A program made the translations under genes and the position numbers. This document shows, piece by piece, positions 12,491-26,032 of a stretch of 64,000 nucleotides of DNA. Position 1 is the first letter of the stretch; each line of letters opens with the position of its first letter. The notes beneath the pieces were generated by a model, which searched no databases, was not told the origin of the DNA, and saw only the letters and a list, made by a program, of their open reading frames with translations. The stretch comes from Sphaerodactylus townsendi (Eukaryota), in the NCBI RefSeq assembly GCF_021028975.2, contig NC_059429.1, positions 81,096,001 to 81,160,000 of the forward strand, read 5' to 3'.

Positions 12491-15099
12491 AGTGATACCC
12501 TCAGTCCCCCTCCTTTTCTGCACTTTAGAACCAAACCACTTCTCAGCCTTTGTCTGATAATGGAGCACCCACTTTTTTTTTAACACTTGGCACTATTAAT
12601 GTAACTTGCTCTGTCAATGAACTCTTGTTAAACTGAATGGTTACCATAAATTATTGTACTCACCTCTTCCCTGTTGAAATAGGATTTTTTAATTACCTAC
12701 CCAAGGATTTGCAACAAAGGTGTCAAACAAAACCACAACTAAGATGCAGGCTTTGACTCTTCCTGGATTTTGGCTGGAGCCAGTTAGAGAGATGATTCTG
12801 CATTGTGGAGGACAGGCACATTACGGCGGGCATGCAGTGATGTCCCTCCTGCTGATGTATGTTCTGCCTTCACCTGCCTTCCCAGGAGTAGTTCTCATTA
12901 GTAATAATGAGTTTTGTGCTTTCCTGCTGGAGGGAGGATTTAACTTAGATCCTCCCAGCATGCAGCACAGACCTGAGTATCAAACTGCAGTAAAGTACAG
13001 AAGCCACCTGCTGGGATAGGGAAGGGTAGGGTTATAAACAACATAGCGGTAGAAAGGAATGGATATGCTTCCTGTTGTAATCCATGTCCATTAGCTGTTG
13101 ACTTATTAATTTCTTTCTTGTGGGGCAATAGTGGGAGCAGCTCACGAGTATCAACCAAGCCCCTATTCCAATCTGCAAGGACAGGATGATGGCAAAAATG
13201 TGAAGTCTCATTTATAGCTAGGCAGAATATTCTCAGTGACCTGCAAATCCCATGAATGTCATGAATACACTAGGGATGCAATTCAAATACAGAGTGCTCT
13301 TCAGCTGAGCAAACTTTTCCTTGTAAACTTTTGCAGCAGTTGCTACTGCTCTGTGATTTGGAAGCCTATGGGCCACTGTGTTCCCAGGGTTATTTAATTT
13401 GGGATTGGCTGATTAACTTTCATGTGTGCTGACCCACTCAGGAAAATGGAGTGTGAACCAGCTTCCATTTTTAGCAGGAAATGGGAAAATGAATTAACTG
13501 GTGGTGGTGTAGAGGAGGTAGTTTATTCAAGAGTGTGAAAGTAAGAAAAGGTTCAAGTACTTCTTGAAGAAATTTGCTACTCAAACTTGATTCATGAAAT
13601 TAGAAGCCATCTGTTCCAGATCCCTTCTTGATGCACACCATTGTCTTTGCATGCCTCTTATCTATTTTGCCCTGATAGTATTTGGAACTGCTGTGCTGGA
13701 GACCAGATCCCATTCCATGTGACATCATTCCAAGTGGGAAGGGCCCAGAAAGAGGCATCTAGGTAATGACTCAGGAAAAAAATGGAAAATGTGTAGTAGA
13801 TCACATTTACAGAAAACAGTAGATCCTTTTAATTTTCTTTCTAGGGAAAAGGTCTCTGGGTCTGATTGACAAACAAACCAGGGAGAAGCAAGACTAAGAG
13901 CCCTTCTATTTTTCCTTCGGCCCATGCAGGGGAGAGGCAGGAATTTTCAGGATCTTCTTAGCTGCTTTGTCAATTGTAGCGGTGATTTCATTCTCATTGG
14001 TGGCGGAAGCAAACTTATTCCTGAAGCAGGATCAGGACTGACGGATTCTTAGCAGGCATCTTTCTAAATGTCTTGAGAGTAACAGTTCTGTGCGTAAGAC
14101 TTCCCACTGTAAAGATGTTATGCCTGTTGGAACAGAGGACTTAACCTTACACACCGTGAGAAACACAGGAGGAATTATCAGGCTGGACAACAGAAATTGG
14201 CTGTTTGAATAAAACTCAGTAGGGGATCACAGAGGGATCAGGCATACAAGGTGTGTTCATAGCTCTGACAAGCATCTCCACACCTGGGAAAGTGGCACAC
14301 CCCCCCCCCCCAATTTGAAGACATCAATTTCACTCTTTACAAATGACTTAAGTGCTCTCTGCGGGAAATCAAATACCTCTGCCATCTACAGTGTCAGTCT
14401 GGTGCACTCCAGCCATTTGTTCCTTCGCAGGAACACAGCTACAGTTGGGAATATATGGGGAAGGATATGCTCTTATTTAATTCATAATATCTATAAATGT
14501 ATACATAGTGGTTTTCCAGTGGGAACCATGAAGGTTTCAGGACAGAAAGAAAGATAAACATTTATACATACACAGAGGAATTGAACACCTCATTTCTGAC
14601 GTACAGACACTGGCATCAAAAGTACTTATGTAACCTATGCAATCCCACAGGTCTTTCAAAGTACATTTATATTTTATATTAAAAAGCAACCTTGGTTTGA
14701 TCTAGTGTTTCTTCCTTTTCAATTTACAGCGCTGCTTATGTACCTGATTTGGTTTCACACATAGTGGAGCACACAGATTTTCTCTCCTTCCTTTATCTTC
14801 TGATTACATTCAATGGTTTGGTTCCTTAGGTGACTAATTATCATTTCCAAAAATGTCCATCATATCCCAGGGACTCTTTCTCATGAGGGTAGTGTATTCA
14901 CATACTTCAAGGTTGTTGTTTTTTTTAGTTCTAACAATTTCCAACCAGAGAAACCTCAGGTCAGGTTTTGCCTTGGATCCAGTGATGTGTGAAAGGAAAG
15001 GAAAATGTGCTTAGTACAGGCCTACTTGTGCAAGCAGTAGTGTAACAAGTGTAGCAACACACAGGGGTTGAATGTAATAGTTAATGAAATAACAATGGA

Positions 15100-15280
15100 T
15101 ATAGGGAGCAATCTGATCTTGTCAGATCTTGGAAACTAAGCAGAGTTGGTAACTTGAAAGGGTGACCTCCAAGGAAGACTCTGCACAGGAAAGCAATGGC
15201 AAACCACCTCTGCTGCTCACATGCCTTGAAAGCCCTTTGTTGCCATCACCATAAGTTGGCTGCAACTTGACAACGCTTTA
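15100..15280 (+). mobile_element. 5S rRNA-derived SINE
   Basis: ctgatcttgtcagatcttggaaactaagcag..gcaatggcaaaccacctctg. Confidence 0.8.
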
Positions 15281-16969
15281 CATACACAAGGTATGGAGCA
15301 AAGGAGATTACCATAGACAGTTCTTTGCTTTTGAAACTGTCTTGTGCTCTGTCTTTCATATGCAGCAAAGTTAGTGGAAAGACATTCATTATTGTTGAGT
15401 ACAAGTAGACAATGAGGAAGAAAGGTTGCATGAATACAGTATTTCCTGCCCTTCCTGTTGACACAGGGACTGTTGTGTGCATGGAAATAATTTATAGCAT
15501 CCAACTCTAATTTGATATATTTATTTTATATGGATGTTCTATATTAGTCCTACTCTCAGAAACAGGTCAGGTACTAAAAGTTACAAATAATACATTTGAC
15601 CATTGTTAGAAATTGCACTTTACCATGTGTCCTGCTTGTGCATACTTGTGCCAAGGCATGATACTCAAGAGTCAAGCTTTCTTTAATGACCAGAGCGGAC
15701 CAGAGCAATTAATAACTTCCAGTGCCCATGTTATTTGACAGCATGTCTGTATTCATTCCCCTAGTTGTGGCCCATATCTTTATCCTCTTTCATTTAGTAC
15801 CATTCAGAAGGTTTGCTTGGCAAAAGCCTCATCTAGCTTAATTAAACTGTTAAACTGTTACTCCAGATTCTTGCAGATTTCTTGCAGAAACCACCTCTGT
15901 AAACTCTGGTGGAAAATATCTCATAAAACCTAACTGGCCTCTCACTGGCCAATGTCTGGCCTCACTAATTCCCCACTCTAAGAGGGGCAGAGGCCCCAGC
16001 ATTTTGGGTAATGTGGGTTGCATGATGTCTTTCCATTATGTTGGCTAATTTCAGTCTTCCATTCCAATGGGCTTACTGTCTGTTTAAATATTTCTCTCCA
16101 AGCTCAATGCAAAATCTTTCCCTGCCACTTTTCTAATTTCAGCTGTCAGTCACCTTACATTTTTCATCTACTTTTGTGCTTTTAATTTTCTTCTAACTGG
16201 AATTCAAGCACAATCTTTTGCAGGGCATGTTTCTTGGGACTGAAGTGGACAGCACTGGTTTTTAAAGTCCATTTACCTTTGGTTCACCCTGATCATCCTA
16301 ATTTTTGTGTGTGTTCTTTCACCAACATACTTTCAGGGCTTTTAAGTAATAGTGATTTTTTAAACATCTATTTCCATTTAAATATCCTCAGTTTGCCATG
16401 TATAAAATATGCATATGTTTTCTCCCACCATTTGGTCCATTAATCATAAACCTCTCCAATCATAAACCATGACAGACTTTAGGCTTTTTAGCTATCTGAT
16501 GTTTGATGACTCTTTCATATAAAACTCTTTCTTGAATCATCTTTTTTTTTGTGCTGACTTGTGGTGACGAGTTTTCAAGGCATGGTGGTTTGCCATTGCC
16601 TGCCTCTCTGTCATGACTTTGGTATTCTTTGGAAGTCCCCCAGCCAAATCATTGCCAGGGGTGACTCTGCTTAGCTTATAAATAGCATTGTTTAAGGAAC
16701 CATTCCAACCCTCTGCTCATTACCCCAGTACACTGACCATTTCCTTGGCCTGTACCTAACACTGCCTGACATTGCTTTCCTCCCTGTACCTTATTTTTAA
16801 ATCATAACGACTACATTTCCATTAAAATCTTTTCATGGTATACTCTTCCTTTGATAGTGTTTGCTACTCACTGTTTTGATCAGATCTATTTATTAAAGCA
16901 TTCTAGGATACTTTTAGACTTGTTTCACTTGCAGAAACTTGAGATACTAGCAGCAAGCCCCTGCAGTGA

Positions 16970-17290
16970 GTTCTGAAGAGCCCTGCTGGATCAGATAAGT
17001 GGTCCATCTAATCCAGCACCCTGTCTTACACAGTGGCCAACCAGTTATTCTGGAGGGCCAACAACCAGGCATGGAATCTGAGGCTTTCCTCTGATGTTGC
17101 CTCTTGACACTGGTAGTCAAAGGTTTATTGCCTCTGAACATGGAGTTTAGTTACCATTGCTGGTAGTTACCTATCCTCCATGAATCTGTCCAGTTCCCTT
17201 TTAAGGCTGTCTATGCCTGTAGCCATCACTACATCCTCTGGTAGCAAATTCCACATTTTAACCACTCATTGTGCAAAGAAGTATTTCCTT
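16970..17290 (-). mobile_element. CR1 LINE 3' end
   Basis: Minus strand KYFFAQ*VVKMWNLLPEDVV-like C-terminus plus a 3' UTR (gccctgctggatcaga..ggtccatcta.tccagca). Confidence 0.75.
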
Positions 17291-17384
17291 TCACCATTGC
17301 CTGCCTCTGTGCATTGACTTTGGTATTCTTTGGAGGTCTCCCAGCCGAATCATTGCCAGGGGTGAGCCTACTCAGTTTATAAAG

Positions 17385-18330
17385 TCCATTTACCTTATTG
17401 TTTCTAATGGGAACTAATAGGAGATGGGGGCTACCTCTTTGAGGGTCCATAACTTTGACCCCCCTGAGCCAAACTTCACCAAACATGGTTGGTATCATCA
17501 GGTCAGTTTACGGATGATACCCTGAAAATTTGGTGACACTAGCTTTAAAAATGCACCACTGACAGGCACCCCAAGAAATTTGCCCAGATTCTCTACTTTG
17601 CAGTACCTTGGCTCCATTGTAACCAATGCGGAATTTCTGTAAGCAGGCTGCACATTTTTGAAGATAGAGGCACCAGATTTTCAAGGTGGATCCAGGAGGC
17701 CCTCCTGGTAATAGCATCCAGGCTTGGTGAACTTTGCTTCTGGGGGTTCAATTTTATGGGCCCCAAAAAGACTTATTTTGTTTCCCCGCTCCTGCACATG
17801 GAGCCTGCTGACTGAGTTCTCTCAGAACTCTCTCAACGCACTCCCTCCCACTTCCCCCAGAAGCAAAGTTCACCAAGACTGGATGGTGTTACCAGGAGGG
17901 CCTCCTGGAGCCACCTTGAAAGTCTGGTGCCTTGAAAAATGTGCAGCCTGCTAACACACTCAGAAATTCCCCATTGGCTACAATGGAGCCACTGCAGAGT
18001 CCAGAATCTGACAGGCTCTTCATCAAGTTCTATGATGGGAAAAAATAACTATTCCAACCATAGACTTCAATGGGGCTTGCTGTTATGCCCAGCTGGCTCT
18101 GTGGTAGAGGTTTCAATGGGGGCATGTTGGTGGGGGTCTTGCTCTGGGTAGGGGCACTTATTTCCTGCAGGACTGCCTGGTGTGAGTCTCCTGAAAGGAA
18201 CCAGCCAACTTTGCTAAAGTTTGCTTTGGAGGGGCAAATGCTGTGGGCACCCAGCTGAGGGTGAGCCTGATGCCCACATTATTTGCCCCTCCCAAACAAA
18301 CTTTAGCAAATTTCCAGGTCTAATTAACAT
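17385..18330. repeat. Fragments of the interspersed module also found inside the hAT element (44480-45180), partly inverted
   Basis: gggtccataactt..ccaaact..cctgaaaatttggtg..ctagctttaaaaatgc shared; inverted duplicate 17640-17740 / 17865-17950. Confidence 0.65.
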
Positions 18331-18404
18331 GAACTGGAAAAATACTGATAATTGGGGTGCTGTGTAGTTTCCGGGCTGTATGGCCGTGTTCTCGCAGCAT
18401 TCTC

Positions 18405-18447
18405 TCCTGACGTTTCGCCTGCATCTGTGGCTGGCATCTTCAGAGGA
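18405..18447 (-). ncRNA. Identical hammerhead motif on the opposite strand
   Basis: Exact reverse complement of 18636-18678. Confidence 0.8.
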
Positions 18448-18635
18448 TCTGATAGTAGGAATGGAAAGCAAGTGGAGTATATATACTGTGAGGTCAAAAG
18501 GTGAGGCAATTTCATTGTTACTCCCATGCTACAGACTTCTTTGTGACTCACATACCAGGCTACTCTATTCAGAGGGCCTCACCTTTTGATCTCACACTAT
18601 ATATACTCCACTTGCTTTCCATTCCTACTATCAGA

Positions 18636-18678
18636 TCCTCTGAAGATGCCAGCCACAGATGCAGGCGAAACGTCAGGA
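18636..18678 (+). ncRNA. Minimal type I hammerhead ribozyme motif (PLE-associated)
   Basis: tcct-CTGAAGA-t-gccagc(cacagat)gcaggc-GAAAC-GTC-agga: stem I tcct/agga, intact core, stem II, and a minimal helix III. Confidence 0.8.
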
Positions 18679-18784
18679 GAGAATGCTGCTAGAACACGGC
18701 CATACAGCCCGGAAACCACACAGCACCCCTGTGATTCCGGCCGTGAAAGCCTTCGACAATACATTATACTGATAATTGTTTTTG

Positions 18785-19270
18785 CCCATCTCTACATTAC
18801 AGCACTCACCTCCAGTTCCAAATCCTTTATGAGCAAATTCAATAGTACTGATCCTTGTGGGATTCCACTACTTACTTACTTCCACTGTGAAAACTCTCCA
18901 TTTATTTCAACTTTTTGCTTCCTGTCATTTAACAACTTGTAATCCATAAGAGATACTGTCCTCTTATCCCAAGCCTGCAAAATTTACTCAGGAGTCTCTG
19001 GTGACGTTCCTTGTAAAAAGCCTTTTGAAAATCTAAGTACATAATGTCTTCTGGGTCACCCTTATCTACCTGCTTATTTACTTTTTCAAAGAACTTCAAA
19101 AGGGTGGTGAAGCAAGACTTTCCTTTGCGGAAACTATGCTGACTTTCCTCAGCAGACTCTGTTCCTCTATGTGCCTAATAATTCTATCTTTAATTTATAT
19201 TAATTTGCCTGGGATAGGTATTAGGTTGACTTAGCTTGTAAATTCCTATTCCCCTTTGGACTCCTTTTAA
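18785..19270 (-). pseudogene. CR1 LINE ORF2 reverse-transcriptase fragment
   Basis: Minus strand reads ..SQHSFRKGKSC..VDKGDPEDIMYLDFQKAF.., with stops and frameshifts. Confidence 0.85.
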
Positions 19271-20554
19271 AAAAACTGATATTACTCTAGAATTAATTCC
19301 CCACTCTATTGTCATGGTTGTCATAATGAAGAACATAACTGACTTAATCTGCACTGCAATGTTTTTTTTCCAGACAAACTTATTTACAAGACTGGTCACT
19401 GTGTTGAAATCCTCTGAAAATGTCAACATGTAAAAACATGTTGTGCAAATGGACTCTGAGGACTTGTAGCCAAGTGCTGCCAATAAGGGCTGAATGAGTT
19501 GTGAACCAGCATGCACATTAGCATCTTCAGTACCTTTAGGAAAGGAAAGCTATGACTTAGTAGAAAGAAAAAAGGAGCAAGAATGATCATGAATTGGAGG
19601 AGGGGGCCTTGAGCCAGAGTTTAAACAGAACTAAACAATCAACATGGTTATTACAACAATAGTAGGGGGTTTTCAGGCTAAGCTTATGACCATAAGAATT
19701 GCCTTCTGAATCAGAATTCTTTCTTGTGCCAAATGCTCCAGAAATCACAGAACGTGATGAACATTTCAACTGATGACTCCTCATCTCTGGAGTTTTCAGG
19801 TGGACCAAGTAAGGTGGTAAAGCTTGAGGCAAATGAAACAGCTTCTTTTTCAACCAATTCTTCCTTTCCCTTTTAGGCCAATCAGCCACAGTGTATAACC
19901 GGGATTTCACTTCTGTCTCTTCTTCAGCAAACTGCCTTATACACCACGTACCTCAATTCATATTATGGAATCAAGCCAGTTGGATTTTAGCAATTTAAAT
20001 CATACAAAGAGTGCAATAAAAATCATCAGTCACATTAAAGAATCGACCACAGAATACCGGCTGCCAAGCAATCAGGGTGAATTTAAGCAAGATGCAAAAG
20101 TCTTCGGCTGGCAGAAGCTTCAGGGCTCATTTATCATTTAGCTCTGAGTACACTGCAGTGAATCTTTTCTGAAGGCCCTTACCTAACCAATTGGCTCCTT
20201 CCTCTAATTCACTGATTTTGTTCCACTTCATAAATTCCGGGATTCATGTCCCTGAGGCATCTGGTTGTGTCAGAGGGCACATCAACTTGTGATCTTAACT
20301 TCTTGCCTTCCATTTCATGAAATCTTTTATTTCTCTCCTGACACTTATAGTGCTGTGTTGGCATTACCCATTTTCTCTGGTGGACACTGCTGCACATGCA
20401 GCTGTTAACTCCCAATTATTGCTTATTATTTAAATGATACTCAGCTCCCCAGTGACTCCTTCCCCTGCCTTCACACCATATAGCAAAACTGATACTCCTT
20501 GTGCTCAGAATTGCTCCACAGAAAGCAAACCCACTGCTCCATATAAACTCTCTA

Positions 20555-20691
20555 TCTAGCTCAGTGGGGTATAATGCCAGAGTCCACCCTCCAAGGCAGC
20601 CATTTTGTCCAGGGGAACTGATCTCAGTAGTCTGGAGATCAGTTGTAATTCTGGGAGATCTCTGGATCCCACCTAGAGGTTGGCAATCCTA
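20555..20691. mobile_element. hAT-type MITE fragment; partial reverse copy at 9452-9508
   Basis: gagatcagttgtaatt..gaggttggcaatccta terminus. Confidence 0.6.
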
Positions 20692-21539
20692 TATAAAAGA
20701 AATACCAGTCCTATACTGTCCTTCACATTTGAGATCTCACACTTATAGCCCCATCCAAACCCACAGGTGGCAGGCCGCAACACTGATGCAGTACCACCCT
20801 GCTACCCCCAAAAGGGCTTTTTGATGGGATGAGGAGCAGGGAAAATCCCTGAGTCCTCACTGCTGAAAAGCCCCATAGGGCTGAATGGATTATGCTGCCA
20901 AAAGGCAGGTGTAAGTCCATGAGCTGGTTGCTGTGCTACTGGCCTTTAAACCTGGTCGGGAGCTGACTAAAGTTGGCTCCACTACTGGGAATGCCCTGCC
21001 CCCTCCCTCAATGGCATTCCAGCAGGATTCCAGTGCAGCTCCTCCACAGACCAAACTTCCAGTTTCTGTGGTGGTGAAGCTGTGGGCAGCAGACTGCTGG
21101 TGAGTCTGGCCCTCCACTGGGGTAAGTGTCCCAGGGAGGGCAAACATGCTGGTGCGAGGGCGTACCACTCCCACTATTCCTTTTGCCCCCTTTTGATGGG
21201 CTTTTATCTTGTTAATTTTAATTGACAGAATTAATTGGCAGAATGAAGACTCAGATGATATTGATCAAAGTATTATATAAACATACCAACCATGAGGCCA
21301 TGAACAGGTTGTTGATGGTCTGACTCTATGGTGCTACTTTACAATTCTGAGTCAAATAAGAAGAGGGGGAATAGGCCTACTATAAACTTCTACTAAGCCA
21401 TTAAGTTTACAACCATCATAAAACATCCTTCCTAAACATACACTTCAAAATGAATAAAGTTCTTTGCTTTGCTGCCCATTGCAATTGGCCAGTCCTAAGA
21501 TCTGAGGTCACTGAGGTGATAGATTCTTGGTGACACTTT

Positions 21540-22256
21540 GGCCGTTTCCGCACGGCCAAAAGCAGCGACGCGATGGCGATAATGCCAGTTCGCCCAGACG
21601 TGATAATGAAAAAAAGCTGCTCACACAGACAGGCGGAGCTGCGGGCGTCCGCAGCCCCGCAGAAATGTGACGGTTCGCACTCGAAGCGCCATGAGCCGGG
21701 CGCCTCAGCCGCATCGCTATGCTCGCGCACTGAAGCGAAGTGCAGGCCCGACCGTCATGCCTCCACGCGAGTGCGCGAAGGGACAACGGCGTGTAGCTGC
21801 CCTGATGTCCATGCCCGTCCCCCATGTTTTCAGTGCTGCCTCCCCTCCCAGCTGCTACTGTCAGTCCCGAGTGCATGGAGTCTGGGAAAGGTAGCTTGGC
21901 CAAGTGCAGGGAAAGGCACCAGGGACAAACGGAAATTAATGTGCGGGGAAGCAGGTGACCCAGTTTGTCAGCCTCTGGCAGATGCGCTTTCATTTTGAAG
22001 ACGGCTCCCTTGCGGTGCCATTCCGCACGAAAAGGAAGCGGCTGACAAGGCTACAGGGGGGGGAAAAGAGTGGTTTAAAGCCGTTTTCTGAATACTGAAT
22101 CGGCGTCTTTCACATGTTTAAGCGTTTTCTCTCGCGAAGCGGTCACCTCCCTCCGACCTGCATGGCGTACAAGGAATCTCGCTATGCTATGGCGGTTCTG
22201 CTTTTTTACCGTTTTCTAACGGCGTCTATATTTCGCTTCGATGCAAGGAACGGGCC
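21540..22256. mobile_element. CpG-rich (young) Harbinger-like non-autonomous element
   Basis: TIR ggccgtttccgcac / tgcaaggaacgggcc, with a sharp CpG-rich boundary against the flanks. Confidence 0.7.
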
Positions 22257-22310
22257 TTGTAATGAAGCAGAATTTTTACCAGGTGAGCTCTGTGGGAGGA
22301 CAGAAAGCAC

Positions 22311-23183
22311 TGTATCCTATGTCTGGATTTTGATGCAAGTAGAAGGGTTCTGCCTGGGCAAGTTCTCCTTTCTCACCTTAGTATGCATAGCAGCCAGCTA
22401 CACCTTTCCTGAAGCCTCAAGTATTACTATTTGGGTTATAATAGTCATAGCCCTAGAAAACAACCACAGCCCTGGAAACTGCACACCTGTCCTTTACCTC
22501 ACAAAAGATATGCAAATACCAGACAGATGAAATACAATCAGTTTTCCTGCATTCTATTCTTTCCTCGCTTAATCCTACCACATCCTTCCTGCCCAACTAC
22601 TGGGAACAACTCAACCTCACTCTGAATTGGAATACGCTGGAGTATTTAATCAACTCCAATCTAAAACTAATCAAAAGCTGGATGCTGCCTGGCTTTGTCA
22701 TTGTCAGCAGGTCATTGTCCACTGCATTGTTCTCTCCTGAGAACCCAAACTTTTCTTTGTGTGGGAAGACTGTCTCTCTTAACGCAGACAGAGGTTCAGA
22801 ATTTCCTATATCTAGCCCTCCCCAACCAGGGCTCTCACCTTTGGAACTTGTGCCACCTTTGGTCTTTCCCTTCTGGACCAGGGTAATTATCACCTTTACC
22901 CAATTACCTATACTATTCCAACCTTATCCTTCGTCTCTTTCTAAATCCTAAGCTTCTTAAAAAAATTGTGCGTTTTTACACTTGTATGTGTAAGTTTATT
23001 ATTTTACTTTCCCAATAAAACTGTGTAAACTCTCAATTTTGGTCTTCGGTGGTTACCTAGGAAGGAAGACCCCTGTAAACCATGGTGGGAAAGATCCAAG
23101 TTACCCCACTTTTGAAGTGCAAGGTTTGTCCCCTGCTTATTCCCCAAACTAAAGGGAATAGACCATGTCCAATTTGGGTAACA
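22311..23183 (+). mobile_element. Solo LTR
   Basis: tgtatcc..gggtaaca termini, 5-bp TSD agcac/agaac (one mismatch), TATA-like at 22807, AATAAA at 23014. Confidence 0.65.
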
Positions 23184-23659
23184 AGAACTATATTTCTGAC
23201 ACCATGGAAGAAGATACCATAAACTGTTACTTTAGAGGGTTACTTCACACACATTTCCCTGCACACAAAAAATAAATATTAGGGCAACCATCAAACATGA
23301 TAGCTCATGTCTGATTTTCTTCTGTAATCATGTACATCATTGCTGGGAATATGTCATCTGTGGTGATTAAACTATATATGATGAACTAGATCCCCTGCCC
23401 AGCTTTTACTTTCCCTTTGAGAGAGAAAAGTACAGCAGCTGGGGGGAATTTGATAATGAAAACAGTCTTGGAGAAAGATTAAATACCACTTTCCCTGCCA
23501 CTGCTGTGAGGAAATTTGCAGTCTTCCCACTCCTTCCTTCATTTCAGTTTTTTTTAAATGATAAATCCAGCCATGATTTCCTACATAAGATGTTGCTTGA
23601 TCCCAAACAGCACAGTCCTAAACAGAGTTACAATATATTTTTTATTCATGTATGTGCTT

Positions 23660-23860
23660 ATTTCATTTATACCCTGACTTTCTCCTTAGTGGAACCCAAA
23701 GCAACTAACATAGTCCTCTTCTTCTCCATTTCATCTTTACAACTCTGGGACATATGTTGGACTGAGAACATGTTCCTAGCCAAGGTCACCCAGCAAGCTT
23801 CCAAGGCAGTGTGGAGATCTAAACCTGGCTGTCCCAGATCTTCATCTGACACACAAGTAC
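23660..23860 (-). mobile_element. MIR/Squam3-like SINE, degraded
   Basis: ctagccaaggtcacccagcaagcttcc core; similar copies at 24540-24725(+), 52545-52660(-), 53120-53340(-), 53680-53795(+). Confidence 0.65.
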
Positions 23861-25689
23861 TAGACTTATGCTGATGAAAGCATGCAGCTTCCAAGCCAAA
23901 CTTCAGGTATCTATATCTTTCCCCCTTTCTGCCAAGAGTCAGAAAAAAGATAGGTGGCTGATAATTAAATACCTCTCCCCTTTGCCTCTCCTTCTGACTA
24001 CCAAGTTTGAATACAAATCATCACACAGCGTTACCATATGCTGACTGTGACTATTCCATATTTGTAGTTAGAAGCTATGAAAGTACTTTTTTCTCAAAGC
24101 TTTTATGACAGCCAGAGGAGACATGATTGAGGATCTCCAGCTTGCTGACAAGGAAACATTGTGTGTTTGCTCCAAGTACATGGTGTTTGCTTATAGATTA
24201 ACTCTAAAGACTGGCTGCTTGCTCTCCAATGTTCATTTTCCATATCTCTAAAAAAACAAACAAACCCCACACCAGATATTACTAGAACACAATTGGCTTC
24301 CAATACTTACTCTACACAGGTAGGGCTCCCCTGAAACTTGTTGCTGCTTAAGTAGAGAAGCTGTGAGACAGCATGTTGTTTGTCTTCACATCTATTATTA
24401 CAATATTGCTTGGATGAAATCGTTGAGTTATTTCTTGCTCTTTCCCCTGATTTATTTAGTTTGCAAACAGAAGTTTAAACCTCTTTCACTCAGGTATATT
24501 AGATTACTTGGGAGTGATTTTCCTGTTTTGAAGTGTAAAGTAGGGGTAACAGTACTGGATTCAGCTCTAGGAGACTTGAGTTCAAATCCTCACATTGATA
24601 TTAAGCACATAGGAACATCTCAGGCTGGTCACACTTTCAGCCTAACTTATCTCAAAGATTATTGGAAGGAGAAAATGAGTGAAGGGAAGCCACGAATGCT
24701 GCTCTGAACTCCTAGAAGGAATGGCAGAATTTTACACAGACACACACCTCATTGGATATTAAAGGAACAATCCTAAGCTAGTTTACTTAGAAGTAAGGTC
24801 CATTATATTTAATGGAGCCTACAAGAAACACAAGTATTTAAGATTACAGCCTACCATTCAGGAAAAGTCAATTCAGGGAAAGTTTTGAGCAAAAAGTTTT
24901 AGCATACTTTTCATATATTTTAGTTAAATTTCCTGTCCTAATCACTTTGAAGTGTAATGAGCTACTGAGGTGATTTGCAACACTATATTATAAAATTGAA
25001 CCTCAACTCCAGCATATTAACAGCAAAATAATATCAAACCAGTATATACATGATGGCTTGTGGCTATATTGTATTTCCAAATATTCCCACATAATGCGTA
25101 AGGGGAATATTGAGAAGAAGATCAGATGCTAGTATTTATGGATCTGATTTTTTCAAGGAAGAAGCACATAAAGAACCCTTGTTTGAGGGGAAGGGAAGGA
25201 CCTCCCAAATGAAATATTTGACAAGTTTTGAGATAAGAAAATAATTCCAAAAAAGCATGTTGAATCTGGAGTCTGCTCAAGTGTGACAATTGTCACTTTG
25301 AATCTGCATGGCTCCAAGAAGAGTCCAGCTAGCTTGCATTTGTGTTTATTGAAAGCTATCTGTGCAAGATATGGCAGCACTGCATGACAGCTTGTTTACA
25401 CAGCAGCTTTGCCTAGAGGCACCCACATTACACCGCATGCGAGGGTGCAAAGAAGCATGCAAGGAACTGAATGTGGGTCTTGATGTACTGTATTCAACAG
25501 CTTCAGAATGCACGGCTGATTGGAGTCCAAGGCATTAGTCAAGCCCAGATGAATGGATAACTCTGTCTTGAGGAAACAGTTGCTCAAGGAGAAATTTTGC
25601 TTCTCCAAATTCCCTGTTTCTACAATTATACTCACACAATTATTTTTACAATAACAATGCAGGCTATTTCTCTTTACTCTGATCTGGAT

Positions 25690-25885
25690 TGCCCAGATTA
25701 GTCTGATTGTGTCAGCTCTTAGAAGCTAGGCAGGGTCAGCCTTGGATGTACTTGGATGAGAGACCACTAAGGAATACCAGGATCACTTTGCAAAGGAAGG
25801 CAATGACAAACCACATCTGTTAGTCTCTTATCTTGAGAACCCAACTGGGTTGCCATAATTCAGCTGCACTTGATGGCCTTTTACA
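25690..25885 (+). mobile_element. 5S rRNA-derived SINE
   Basis: agaagctaggcagggtcagccttggatgtacttggatgagagacc..ggaaggcaatg. Further copies at 16560-16680(-), 17292-17375(-), 30280-30445(-), 45490-45612(+), 52190-52545(-), 58490-58690(-). Confidence 0.8.
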
Positions 25886-26032
25886 CTACGTTTCTATTCA
25901 GATAAGGGCAGCCATAAAACAGCCTTTTCCCATTTCATTTGTTACTTTGGCAAGGTGTCACAGAAGAGACAAGCCACCGAAGAATGAAGGTTGGATGAGT
26001 CTTTCCCAGAGATAATCTTCTGCAACTGAAAC

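Larger units (their letters stand above)
18355..18765 (+). mobile_element. Penelope-like element remnant with inverted pseudo-LTRs
   Basis: ~154 bp near-perfect inverted arms (18354-18507 / 18576-18729), tail ccggccgtgaaagccttcgacaataca, and 13-bp TSD atactgataattg (18342-18354, 18766-18778). Confidence 0.88.

Noticed and set aside
19587-19950. Possible host exon (open frames on both strands)
   Set aside because: No recognisable protein similarity and no convincing pair of splice sites.
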